This document shows positions 40,595 through 49,910 of a stretch of 64,000 nt of DNA, one piece after another. The notes beneath the pieces were generated by a model, which worked only from the letters and a program-made list of their open reading frames with translations, was not told where the DNA came from and did no database searches. Positions within the stretch are counted from its first letter, which is position 1, and each line of letters opens with the position of its first letter. The stretch is taken from positions 90,942 through 154,941 of the IMG/VR virus record IMGVR_UViG_3300044634_004833; one strand, 5' to 3'. The translations under genes and the position numbers were made by a program. Source of the DNA: a virus.

Positions 40595-40999
40595 TTCGCA
40601 TTCCCATTTGCTATATTTTTTCCCTCTGGAATTCCTTAGCATCTTTGGCTTGCACTTGCCAATATTGCAAGCATTAGCTTTGTTCCACCCATTTACACAA
40701 AGCTTAGCACAAGATGATACTCTTTCACTTGACTTGACATCAATACACTTGCCAATTAAATTAGAACGAGTTAATGGGTCTAAACCACTACTAGTCATTT
40801 TCTTTTCAAAAGAATCATAGCCAACATCGAAAGCACTTTTCATATACCCAGGAAGTGCTCTTCCCATATTAACAACATTGTCCAACGAAGATTGCATTCC
40901 CAATTCGTCAGCACCAGGTAGGCCAGTATACATAGATGCAACATTCCCAACTATATTTGCCAAACTTTCATTTTTATCCAACCATTCTTTAAAATTCAT
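40589..40999 (-). CDS. protein with capsid-targeting-like N-terminus and Cys-rich C-terminus
   Basis: MNFKEWLDKNES; TATATATA 4 nt upstream. Confidence 0.75.
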   Translation of the reverse strand: MNFKEWLDKNESLANIVGNVASMYTGLPGADELGMQSSLDNVVNMGRALPGYMKSAFDVGYDSFEKKMTSSGLDPLTRSNLIGKCIDVKSSERVSSCAKLCVNGWNKANACNIGKCKPKMLRNSRGKKYSKWECES

Positions 41000-41034
41000 A
41001 CTTTATATATAAATAAATATAAAAAAAGGAAATT

Positions 41035-41946
41035 ATGCCCACCATCCACCCAGATAAATTCTATAGCAGTGACTATGAGTCATACACCATCATCGCTATG
41101 CCATCCAAAAATCTACTATTTTCACAAGCATATCCAAAAACACACGAAGAAATGCTAGAATACGACCTATCACAAGATGATATGGAAAAACTCTATAACC
41201 AAGATCTATCACATGACTATGCTTATAGAGATGATGATGATCATAATTATGATCATGGCAAATCAAGCAGTTCTTACAACTCCTCTGGCATCAGGCAAAG
41301 CATCTATGATAGATACTACTTCCAAACACACGCCGATGGATACCTAGGTAGAGCTAGAATAACTAATAACGACCTAGAATTCTCCCTCTGGGCCTCCAAA
41401 GATAAATCCATGTATGCCCCAAGTAAAATACAACAAATAGCTAAACAATTGGCTGAATACTTCCACGTTCAAAACCTTACATTCCATGTCCCACAAGAAA
41501 TATTCGATGTAAGTACACCTAGAATATATAAACAAAAAGTTGTACACTTCCGATACAATCCAGATAAAGATACAATCAAAAAAGTACCCGCCCCTGCCGA
41601 ATCAAAACCAAAACCAATAGCAAATCCAATCTTTAATATAAAGAAATATGAAATAAACGGAGAAAAATACTCTTTAAATGACCTAGGCAATAGACGCAAA
41701 GAATTACACCTTAAAGGCGCTAGAAATATCGACCCAGTACTCTGCGCCATAGATGAAAAGAAATACCCAGAACTCAAAGGCTATAAGCCAATGAACTGCC
41801 CCAAAGAACAACTACCCACCCCAAAACTCAACCCTTGGACCGTAAAACGATCACCAGAAGACTGGAAAGGAATCCCCATAAATAGATTGACCTCAGAAAA
41901 TCTAAGCTTTATAAATTATGTTAATAGAAGGGATACTGAAGTGTAA
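41035..41946 (+). CDS. hypothetical protein, paralog of 46318..47184
   Basis: Shared C-terminal domain RR..LH..G...D.VLCAID.KKYPEL.G..P.NC. Confidence 0.8.
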   Translation: MPTIHPDKFYSSDYESYTIIAMPSKNLLFSQAYPKTHEEMLEYDLSQDDMEKLYNQDLSHDYAYRDDDDHNYDHGKSSSSYNSSGIRQSIYDRYYFQTHADGYLGRARITNNDLEFSLWASKDKSMYAPSKIQQIAKQLAEYFHVQNLTFHVPQEIFDVSTPRIYKQKVVHFRYNPDKDTIKKVPAPAESKPKPIANPIFNIKKYEINGEKYSLNDLGNRRKELHLKGARNIDPVLCAIDEKKYPELKGYKPMNCPKEQLPTPKLNPWTVKRSPEDWKGIPINRLTSENLSFINYVNRRDTEV

Positions 41947-42081
41947 TCTGCACTTCATAAATACTAATTATGATCTTTGAGTCAAGAAAACCCCCCCTTT
42001 AATACACACAATCAAAAAAATATTTTAATAAATAATTATTAAGTAAAATACATATATGCGGCATAACAAGTGAGGACAAAT

Positions 42082-42462
42082 ATGAAAAGTTTTATGCAGG
42101 TAATGATGGAGATGAATAGCGGCCTTGTTTCAATTAATGATGCAAAAGCTAAAAGATTGGTAACACACTACATGAATCCGATACCCAAGCTCAAGGCACA
42201 GGAAAAAAGCCTTGGACTTACTCCAAAAGAAATGGATGCTTTAGGCCAAATTGAAAGAGCTTCTCAAAAAGTAGGCATGAATTTGCGGAGTAGCTTAGTA
42301 AACATTCAAGATGTATATACCTATTTAAATTTATTAGGTGATTTGCAAAAAACTGATTTAAAGAAAATTGCAAATTATATTGATAATATTCGCCTGAGTG
42401 TAGAGGATGATTTAATGCCACATATTAAAGAAGCAAACCCCAGAGCCGATATGGGCAATTAA
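42082..42462 (+). CDS. protein with capsid-targeting-like N-terminus
   Basis: MKSFMQVMME; GAGG SD. Confidence 0.7.
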   Translation: MKSFMQVMMEMNSGLVSINDAKAKRLVTHYMNPIPKLKAQEKSLGLTPKEMDALGQIERASQKVGMNLRSSLVNIQDVYTYLNLLGDLQKTDLKKIANYIDNIRLSVEDDLMPHIKEANPRADMGN

Positions 42463-43020
42463 TCATCTGTCTAATTTTGGCATGTACTCCGGTGGAACTA
42501 TTGGTGGCAACACAAGCTTTTCATAATTTTCAACTCCCAATAATTCCTTTAATTGAGATAACTTTATCCTTTTACTATACAAATAAATGTATGGTCTTTT
42601 CATGTCATCCATAAGATTATACATTTTTATCCTTCTGGTGATTTCCGCATGCTTTATTGCATATGCTTCTCTTTGCCAATCCCAGCCAAAAATAACCTCA
42701 TTTTGTTTAAGGTACTTCCAAGCATAAATTATAAAATCTACATAACGAACATTGTCTTCTTGACAATACCGCCAAACATCATCCGTGGTAGGTAAATTTT
42801 GATGAGGTGATAATTCAGATTTTGCATCCCTAATATATTTTGGTAATTGTCTAAAAGGTATTTTCCGGCACTCATGAACCCAATAATACCCACTATCCTC
42901 TATAGAAACAAAAATAATTTCCTTAATAGGCTCGGTCACATTTGTTGTAAACCAAGAAATTAACATACTCAAAACAAGCTTATTGTTAAACTTGACTAGC
43001 CAGCCAAATAACATATTCAC
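42463..43020 (-). CDS. hypothetical protein
   Basis: 185 aa ORF fills the gap; start uncertain. Confidence 0.65.
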   Translation of the reverse strand: MNMLFGWLVKFNNKLVLSMLISWFTTNVTEPIKEIIFVSIEDSGYYWVHECRKIPFRQLPKYIRDAKSELSPHQNLPTTDDVWRYCQEDNVRYVDFIIYAWKYLKQNEVIFGWDWQREAYAIKHAEITRRIKMYNLMDDMKRPYIYLYSKRIKLSQLKELLGVENYEKLVLPPIVPPEYMPKLDR

Positions 43021-43040
43021 CTTTAATATTTAAGTTAAAC

Positions 43041-43048
43041 CATAAATA
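43041..43048 (+). promoter_or_regulatory. T4-late-like promoter CATAAATA
   Basis: 5 nt before ATG 43054. Confidence 0.6.
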
Positions 43049-43053
43049 AAATT

Positions 43054-44244
43054 ATGAAAAACTTTATAGAATTCTTGGCGGAAAAAGACCCTGCTCTATT
43101 ACAAGAATATATATATTTAGCTAGCCTATCAGAAAACTCATGGCATAAATACTTGCTTCCCTTAATGCTAGGAGCGCAGGCAACTGCTCAAGCAGGAACT
43201 CCTACAGAACTAAAACAAAGACAAGATTATAATCAAAGTCTTAAAGATCCACGAAATTCCAGAAACGAAAAAGAATTACATAGCCGAATGTTTACCCAAG
43301 GAATAACAGTCGATGACTTAGTTGGTCGCAAATTTAGTTGGTCAAAAACTGATAGAAATAAAGATACAATGACCAAACTAGACCGCCTAGATCTTCCTGA
43401 CGCTATGAGAAAAGGCATCCCAAGTGAACATGAAGAAGAATACAAACAAGAAGATATCTTGTTCAAAAAAGTAATAAATCCTTACGATTACATAAGATCG
43501 ACACAGCATGATAAAGAAAAATTTGACAGAGATTACCAGAAACTAAATACGGATAATCCTAATGACAAAGGATTTTCCACCTTTAAACATAAATTCAACA
43601 ACCAAGTATTAATGTATGTGGTGAAGGCAAATGCCCTTAGTAGAGTTGAACCTGGTGCATCTGGATATCATACTGTTACAATCAACCCAGATACTGGAAA
43701 AAAAATTGAGATGATAGTTCTGCCAGATACCGCCTTTAAGACATTGCCTTCTGGAAACTCCTTGGGCGAATTAACAGATGATGGAACGGCACTTTTAGCA
43801 CATGAGTTAAGACACGGCACACAACGAAGTGAAAATGTGCCAGTCGGCAAATATCAGACCGATAACTCAAACTATCATCATTATATGCACGACCCTATGG
43901 AAATTGGGGTCAGATTAGCGGCTACCAAGAATTTAATGTCTCCTGATACAATCTTGCGCTTGACTAAAAATTATCCTAAACACCAAGAAATTGCAAAAAA
44001 TATATTACAAAAAGCCAGCGAAAGCGAAAAAGAATTGATGAAGATGATTATGAATCCCGAAGGTGAAAACGCAAATACCTTGCATTTCATTAGAGATAGA
44101 TTAAAAGTTATTAATAAAGATGTAGATTCTCTCTTCCAATTTTACGATACGCTCAAGGGTGCTGAAAAAGCAAATTTTATGAAACAACTAATCGATAATT
44201 ATGATAATGTTGTAAAAAATAATACCAAAACATCCACTACTTAA
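43054..44244 (+). CDS. zincin-like metallopeptidase with capsid-targeting-like N-terminus
   Basis: MKNFIEFLAE; LAHELRHGTQ...Y...PME. Confidence 0.7.
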   Translation: MKNFIEFLAEKDPALLQEYIYLASLSENSWHKYLLPLMLGAQATAQAGTPTELKQRQDYNQSLKDPRNSRNEKELHSRMFTQGITVDDLVGRKFSWSKTDRNKDTMTKLDRLDLPDAMRKGIPSEHEEEYKQEDILFKKVINPYDYIRSTQHDKEKFDRDYQKLNTDNPNDKGFSTFKHKFNNQVLMYVVKANALSRVEPGASGYHTVTINPDTGKKIEMIVLPDTAFKTLPSGNSLGELTDDGTALLAHELRHGTQRSENVPVGKYQTDNSNYHHYMHDPMEIGVRLAATKNLMSPDTILRLTKNYPKHQEIAKNILQKASESEKELMKMIMNPEGENANTLHFIRDRLKVINKDVDSLFQFYDTLKGAEKANFMKQLIDNYDNVVKNNTKTSTT

Positions 44245-44279
44245 AACTAAAGAGTTCGAGGTTTTATTGCCTCAAGGAT

Positions 44280-44287
44280 CATAAATA
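44280..44287 (+). promoter_or_regulatory. T4-late-like promoter CATAAATA
   Basis: 5 nt before ATG 44293. Confidence 0.6.
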
Positions 44288-44292
44288 AAAAT

Positions 44293-45696
44293 ATGAAATT
44301 CAAATTATGGCTCATTGAAGCCGAATACAAAGATGTAAGAAATACTTACAAAGACTTGATGGATTACTTAGAAAAAACATCAGAAGAAGTATTCGTAAAC
44401 TTTAGCGATAGACCCAAAGGCTTGTTTGTTGCCAGCAAAAAAACCTCACACTATGACCCAATTGGGATTTACGGATTCGGCAAAGAATACATGCAAAGAA
44501 AAGATAATTCTAACCAAGGCTTCTGGAGCATGCCTTACATCACAGTATTTAAACTGAAGCCAGATGCTAATGTACTTGACTTAAGCACCATTACAGTTAA
44601 TACCGCCAAAGAAATGCTCCAAAAAATGGACATAGAAGATTATATCGATAAACCATACCACAGAAAACCAGCCAATAACTCCGGTGGAGCACTCCTATGG
44701 AATACTATGGAAAAATACATAGCCACCAATAGGTTACATAAAAATACCGCATGGAATACACTATTCAAAAAAATAGATGTAGATGCCGTTAGAGATACAA
44801 ATTCCATTATACACCACAATGAACCAGACCAAATCATAGTCCTAAACCCATCCAAAGCAGCAATCGTCAAAACAATAGAAAAACCACTCAATACTTGGCA
44901 GCAAAAAATACAAAAACAAATCTACGATTTGTTAACTGAATTGGGAAATAAATATCTTAAAGACTTCAAGATTACAAGCACCAGAAGAGGCTCAGCCGAT
45001 ATAACTAAAAATTATCCCAATTACGAACTTGCTGCCAAACCCGATATTTCAATGCTAGCCATTTCAAATAACCCAGAACTACCCTTGATCATTGAAATCT
45101 ATTACACCGCTTATAACGGCAAATTAACAGGACATATAAGCCGAAAAGCCCCTCTCGACCGCCTGTTCAGAACCGAAATAAAACCAGATCAATTGTCAAG
45201 TGACCAAATTAATGTTGTCGATGTAGATTTCCCCAACATGAAATCACAAATGATAGAAGCCCTTGATAAAATTATACAAGAATTTACTCCATCGCAAATG
45301 GGCGAAACTAAAAATATACACCAAAATATAATCGACCAACTAAACTTTGCTAACTTCAAAACAAAATATGAAAATGGAGATTATAACTCCATAGCACAAT
45401 TCAAAACAGGAAATTTCCCCGCCGCTCTTAAAGTCATCACCAGCCCTAGCGAAAATGGCGTAACCACTAACCTAAACTTATCCTACACCGCTAGAGATAT
45501 AAACTGGGGTAAAAATAGAAGATACAAAATTCCTTTCGAATCAATAACAATTAATTCCGATGAGGATGCCAAAGATATAAAGTCCAAATTTAAAACCAAA
45601 ATTAATACAATGATTGATAATATTCGTAATCATGAATTATCATATATGTATGACAATGACCTACATGCACTAAAAAATATGGAAAAATTATTGTAG
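44293..45696 (+). CDS. protein with capsid-targeting-like N-terminus; possible ART-like N-terminal domain
   Basis: MKFKLWLIEAE; DPIGIYGF...IHHNEPDQ. Confidence 0.65.
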   Translation: MKFKLWLIEAEYKDVRNTYKDLMDYLEKTSEEVFVNFSDRPKGLFVASKKTSHYDPIGIYGFGKEYMQRKDNSNQGFWSMPYITVFKLKPDANVLDLSTITVNTAKEMLQKMDIEDYIDKPYHRKPANNSGGALLWNTMEKYIATNRLHKNTAWNTLFKKIDVDAVRDTNSIIHHNEPDQIIVLNPSKAAIVKTIEKPLNTWQQKIQKQIYDLLTELGNKYLKDFKITSTRRGSADITKNYPNYELAAKPDISMLAISNNPELPLIIEIYYTAYNGKLTGHISRKAPLDRLFRTEIKPDQLSSDQINVVDVDFPNMKSQMIEALDKIIQEFTPSQMGETKNIHQNIIDQLNFANFKTKYENGDYNSIAQFKTGNFPAALKVITSPSENGVTTNLNLSYTARDINWGKNRRYKIPFESITINSDEDAKDIKSKFKTKINTMIDNIRNHELSYMYDNDLHALKNMEKLL

Positions 45697-45727
45697 GTGC
45701 CAGAACACGAGAAAAATAAGGACAAAT

Positions 45728-46273
45728 ATGAATAATTTTACCGAATGGCTTCAAATAAACGAAAACACAAATTGGGGACACGGTGGATGGAAAATTCATT
45801 TGCGAACAGGAACAGATAATAAAATTAGAGATCGAGCTTATCAAATAGTTCAAGAAATTATTAAAAATAATAAAAAAAATTGGCCTTCTAAAAAACTTGG
45901 TGGCGGCGAAGCCGATGAAAAAGATATTACCATTTATTGCGGACCTAAATCAGAAGCTAATCAAGCAGCTAAAGCAATATCAGAGCACCCCGAATTATCC
46001 AAATTACTTTCAAAACCAAGTGAAGAGATGTTGCGAGATGATGTAGAAATATTACCCGGCACAAATGTGTATGGAAGATTTAATGCTTCACTTTTAATGG
46101 CAATGACAAAAGGTGTTGAATTTCACCAATATGGATGCAAAGGTCATTCAATGCTAAATTCTTTTGTAACAAGATCTATGACAGATAAAGAAAACTTTGA
46201 TAGAACAAAAGCTTGCCAAGATTCCTACAGGCTTCTTAAAAACTTATTCGGCAAAGATTTTACAGACAATTAA
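45728..46273 (+). CDS. stand-alone phosphothreonine-lyase-like domain (OspF / LanL-LanKC N-terminal lyase family)
   Basis: GWKIH, K, KDITIY, D, YGRF in the order of the lyase motifs; N-terminal MNNFTEWLQINE. Confidence 0.65.
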   Translation: MNNFTEWLQINENTNWGHGGWKIHLRTGTDNKIRDRAYQIVQEIIKNNKKNWPSKKLGGGEADEKDITIYCGPKSEANQAAKAISEHPELSKLLSKPSEEMLRDDVEILPGTNVYGRFNASLLMAMTKGVEFHQYGCKGHSMLNSFVTRSMTDKENFDRTKACQDSYRLLKNLFGKDFTDN

Positions 46274-46317
46274 TCACCATAAATTGGAAATAAATTCTAA
46301 AAACACAAAGGTAGAAA

Positions 46318-47184
46318 ATGACACCAGATGATATTTTTAATAACGAAAAAATAATAAACCAAAAAACTTTTATATATTTCCCAGCAAAAAATAAACTAAT
46401 AACCAAATCTTTTGATACTCATGGTATGATGTATAACAATATGCAACATGAAATGGGATCTAAAATAAATGGGTTTGACGGATTAACTAAAAAAGACATT
46501 TTTGCATCCTATATCGAAAAACATAAGAAATTACCACCATCATTCGCTGGCATCAGATTCGTTATGCAAAGTTATGGAGATGTTCTACTAGGAAGAGTAG
46601 GACTAGAAAAAGAAAATATATCAAACGCAATAGCCGCACTATGGCCAACAAAGAAAAAAGAATACATGTCAAATACAATTTATGAAAATATCATAAAAGA
46701 AATTCTTGAACTAAATAACTTTAACGATGTCCAAAATGTAAAACTGTTCGCTTCAAAAGAACTATATGATGCCAGTAATCTTAGAGAATATGAAAAAAAT
46801 GAATTAATATACAAAACACAACCAAATCTAGAACTAATATCAAAAACAAAATTCTCAAAAGAAGAAGAAATAAAAAAAACCTATGTCATAGACGGAGAAA
46901 TATACACACATGATGAATTAGTCGAAAGAAGAGCAAAATTACACCTCCTAGGAATGGCACATGTCGATAAAGTTCTATGCGCCATAGATCAAAAAAAATA
47001 CCCAGAACTATTCGGCTTCATTCCCACTAACTGCGAAAGAAAACCAGAAATGAAACCCCTGCCATTCTCCGAACCTAGAGGTAAAGATGATTGGAAAGGA
47101 AACCCACTCTGGAGAAGAACCTCAGAAAACTTCTCCCAATATGTCGAATCACAAGATCTAAATCACTATTTAAATAATATATGA
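46318..47184 (+). CDS. hypothetical protein, paralog of 41035..41946
   Basis: Shared C-terminal domain. Confidence 0.8.
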   Translation: MTPDDIFNNEKIINQKTFIYFPAKNKLITKSFDTHGMMYNNMQHEMGSKINGFDGLTKKDIFASYIEKHKKLPPSFAGIRFVMQSYGDVLLGRVGLEKENISNAIAALWPTKKKEYMSNTIYENIIKEILELNNFNDVQNVKLFASKELYDASNLREYEKNELIYKTQPNLELISKTKFSKEEEIKKTYVIDGEIYTHDELVERRAKLHLLGMAHVDKVLCAIDQKKYPELFGFIPTNCERKPEMKPLPFSEPRGKDDWKGNPLWRRTSENFSQYVESQDLNHYLNNI

Positions 47185-48005
47185 AACAATACTACTTACA
47201 TAAGTCTGGCGGATTAGGAGATTGCATCTGGGCATACTTCAAACTATATCACCACCTTTTAACAGAACTTAAAAAAAATGAACCAAATTCACATGTAACC
47301 TATGTCGCTTGCTCAAATAACACCCAAATCCAAGAATTTTATAAAACAAATAAACTAATAGACCAAGCTTTTTATTACCCAATGTCAGATTACCACCACC
47401 AAACATGGAAAAAACATACAGAAAATAAAATATCCCTGCTAGATGCAATACAAGTTCCAGAACAACCACCAGCTAATCAATTCTGGCTCACTCCTGAAGA
47501 ACAACAGTTTGCACATAATGTACTTAATATGGGCAAATTCGTCGCACTACACCCTTTCGGTGGTACACACGAAAGAACTATGAATAGGAATGACTTCTCC
47601 ATCAACCAACTAATAACGTCTATTATAAATTTAAATTATAATTGCATAGTATTAGGAGGTAATGATGATCAAAGAAAATGTAACTTGCAAAAAATAAACT
47701 TCAACCACCCAAAATGCATCAATATAATCGATAAATTCTCATGCAGATTACACTCATTCTTCACAGCACATGCTAACGCTTTCATAGGAGTAAGTAGCTG
47801 CTACTCTGTAATAGCATCCCTATTCAAAGTCAAAGGACTTATTTATTACCCCACCTCACTTAAATGGTGGCAACAAGGAACACCACCACAAATAGGTATA
47901 GATGGATTCTCCCAAGCTTTCAGAGATAGCGGATTCTGGGCAGAATTCTTCGAACAACCATCCACTACAACAACACAACTAATAACAAACTTTCTAAATA
48001 CTTAA
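47181..48005 (+). CDS. GT9-like glycosyltransferase
   Basis: GGLGD, LHPFGG, VLGG, FIGVSS. Confidence 0.65.
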   Translation: MKQYYLHKSGGLGDCIWAYFKLYHHLLTELKKNEPNSHVTYVACSNNTQIQEFYKTNKLIDQAFYYPMSDYHHQTWKKHTENKISLLDAIQVPEQPPANQFWLTPEEQQFAHNVLNMGKFVALHPFGGTHERTMNRNDFSINQLITSIINLNYNCIVLGGNDDQRKCNLQKINFNHPKCINIIDKFSCRLHSFFTAHANAFIGVSSCYSVIASLFKVKGLIYYPTSLKWWQQGTPPQIGIDGFSQAFRDSGFWAEFFEQPSTTTTQLITNFLNT

Positions 48006-48049
48006 TATATAACTTTGAATAAATTCCCTTGCCAAGATAAAATACCCAA

Positions 48050-48634
48050 ATGATAACATTCAAAGAATTCATGGAACTAAATCCACCCCTAAACCTAATA
48101 CTAGAAGACCTAGAACCACAAGAGTCTACCATAGTACAAAAACTAAAAACCATTGCCACAGATATTATAAATAATATAAAAACTTCCCTAAAAATACCAG
48201 ATCAAAAAACCCTAGACACCCAAGTACCCAAACTACTCAATAAACTCAAAAACAAATATAGCAAATACGCAAATGAAGACTATGATCTCTCCCTACTCTC
48301 AGGATTCAACTTCTTTAACCAAATAGATCACCTAAAAGAATTCTGGTCAAGTGTAGGAAAAGCTATACTAAAAGCTATAGTAGCTATAATCAAATGGCTA
48401 TTCACTAGCCTAGCTAACCTAATCAAAGCATCACTCAACATGATCAAAGATTCTTTCTCAGAAGAAGGATTCTTCAAACTATGTGTCGTATGGGTGGCCC
48501 CAGCCATCTTAGCCTCCCCAGTTCTAGGTCTACAAACTATCTACGGAATAAACAACCTCATAGGACTAACACCATTCATCGCTTGGGTCATATGGCATGT
48601 ATTCGTCGCTCCAGCATTAGATAAATTGGATTGA
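48050..48634 (+). CDS. membrane protein with capsid-targeting-like N-terminus
   Basis: MITFKEFME; C-terminal hydrophobic helices. Confidence 0.75.
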   Translation: MITFKEFMELNPPLNLILEDLEPQESTIVQKLKTIATDIINNIKTSLKIPDQKTLDTQVPKLLNKLKNKYSKYANEDYDLSLLSGFNFFNQIDHLKEFWSSVGKAILKAIVAIIKWLFTSLANLIKASLNMIKDSFSEEGFFKLCVVWVAPAILASPVLGLQTIYGINNLIGLTPFIAWVIWHVFVAPALDKLD

Positions 48635-48654
48635 TTACTCAGTACATTTTATAT

Positions 48655-48688
48655 AAACCCGGGACTTTAATACAGTCCCGGGTTTTTT
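48655..48688 (+). terminator. rho-independent terminator
   Basis: AAACCCGGGACT-ttaatac-AGTCCCGGGTTTTTT. Confidence 0.88.
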
Positions 48689-48785
48689 ATTTCATTTTAT
48701 TCCATATGATTTTCATGGCGTATTATAAAATACGCTAGCCGTGAATATGCTTAAAAGTTGTTATTATTAAAAATTGGAATTCAAC

Positions 48786-49592
48786 ATGAATATTAAAATA
48801 ACCCATCCAGACATAGCAGCTCAAGCTCATAATTGGGATCCCACTATTGTTAGTGCTGGTAGCAATCAAAAAAAAGAGTGGATTTGCATCAAAGGACATA
48901 TTTGGAAAACTACAGTTAATTCTAGAACTTCTGGCACAGGATGTCCTTATTGTTTTGGTTTAAAACCAATTGTAGGAGAAACAGATTTAAATACAACTCA
49001 CCCAGATATAGCAGCACAAGCTTATAATTGGAGCCCAAAAACTATTAGTTATGGAAGCGATAAGGAAAAAATGCAATGGAAATGCAATGAAAATCATATT
49101 TGGATGGCAACTGTTAATAGTAGAACAAATATGAAATCCGGCTGTCCATATTGTGCATATGATGGATTTAAACTAAATCTAATATCATTTGTCTATCTGA
49201 TTTGGAAACTAGGTAAATATAAAATAGGAATATATAATATAAATAGTGGAAGAATTGAAATACACAATCGAAAAGGATGGACTCTTATAGAAGAGTTTAA
49301 GACTAATGATGGTTATACAGCCAAACAAATAGAAAAGACAATAATACAGCAATTAGATAATAATAAAATACTAAGAGGCAAAAAAGCTTTTAGAAAAAAA
49401 TTTTATGGTTGGACAGAATCATGGCAAGAAGTAGATCTACAAGTAATTAATATGATAGATCTATTTAAAAAATTAAATATGGTTCATCTAATACCTCAAG
49501 AGGTATTAATTCAATTGCAACCAAATACTTCGAAGCTTTCTTCTATATCAATGGGGCGAAGCCTTGAGGGGCAAGCGGGATCGGGGCTGTAG
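48786..49592 (+). CDS. putative homing endonuclease: two DUF4379-like zinc ribbons plus a GIY-YIG-like domain
   Basis: HPDIA..W..W.C..H.W...R..GCPYC x2; VYLI..YKIGI..R..E. Confidence 0.75.
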   Translation: MNIKITHPDIAAQAHNWDPTIVSAGSNQKKEWICIKGHIWKTTVNSRTSGTGCPYCFGLKPIVGETDLNTTHPDIAAQAYNWSPKTISYGSDKEKMQWKCNENHIWMATVNSRTNMKSGCPYCAYDGFKLNLISFVYLIWKLGKYKIGIYNINSGRIEIHNRKGWTLIEEFKTNDGYTAKQIEKTIIQQLDNNKILRGKKAFRKKFYGWTESWQEVDLQVINMIDLFKKLNMVHLIPQEVLIQLQPNTSKLSSISMGRSLEGQAGSGL

Positions 49593-49701
49593 ATAGGGGA
49601 GGCTTTACATATCTACACGCTACATGACATGATGTGTGATATTAAAGTGATATCATTTTGAGATCAATATAATAAATGACTGTGGATTAGGAGACCCTTT
49701 C

Positions 49702-49785
49702 CATATCCACACCCATATCCACACCCATATCCACAGGCATGTATACACGCATATCTACACGCATATCTACACGCATATCTACACT
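49702..49785 (+). repeat. 7 x 12 bp tandem repeat CATATC(C/T)ACAC(C/G), putative origin iterons
   Basis: Units at 49702, 49714, 49726, 49738 (degenerate), 49750, 49762, 49774; extra copy at 49608. Confidence 0.9.
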
Positions 49786-49860
49786 TAGAATTTTTATATC
49801 AATGTGATATCATATAGATATAGAGTTTGTTGTAACAGTTTAGTATGAGTTATATGAGTA

Positions 49861-49894
49861 GGGGGGTCTGGCCCGTTTCCTTCCCAGACCCCCC
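49861..49894. other. GC-rich hairpin (terminator or origin structure)
   Basis: GGGGGGTCTGG...CCAGACCCCCC. Confidence 0.7.
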
Positions 49895-49910
49895 AAATTA
49901 TTTCAAGCCC

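Noticed and set aside
45728-46273. Lanthipeptide biosynthetic cluster
   Set aside because: Only the lyase-like domain is present, with no kinase, cyclase, precursor or transporter.
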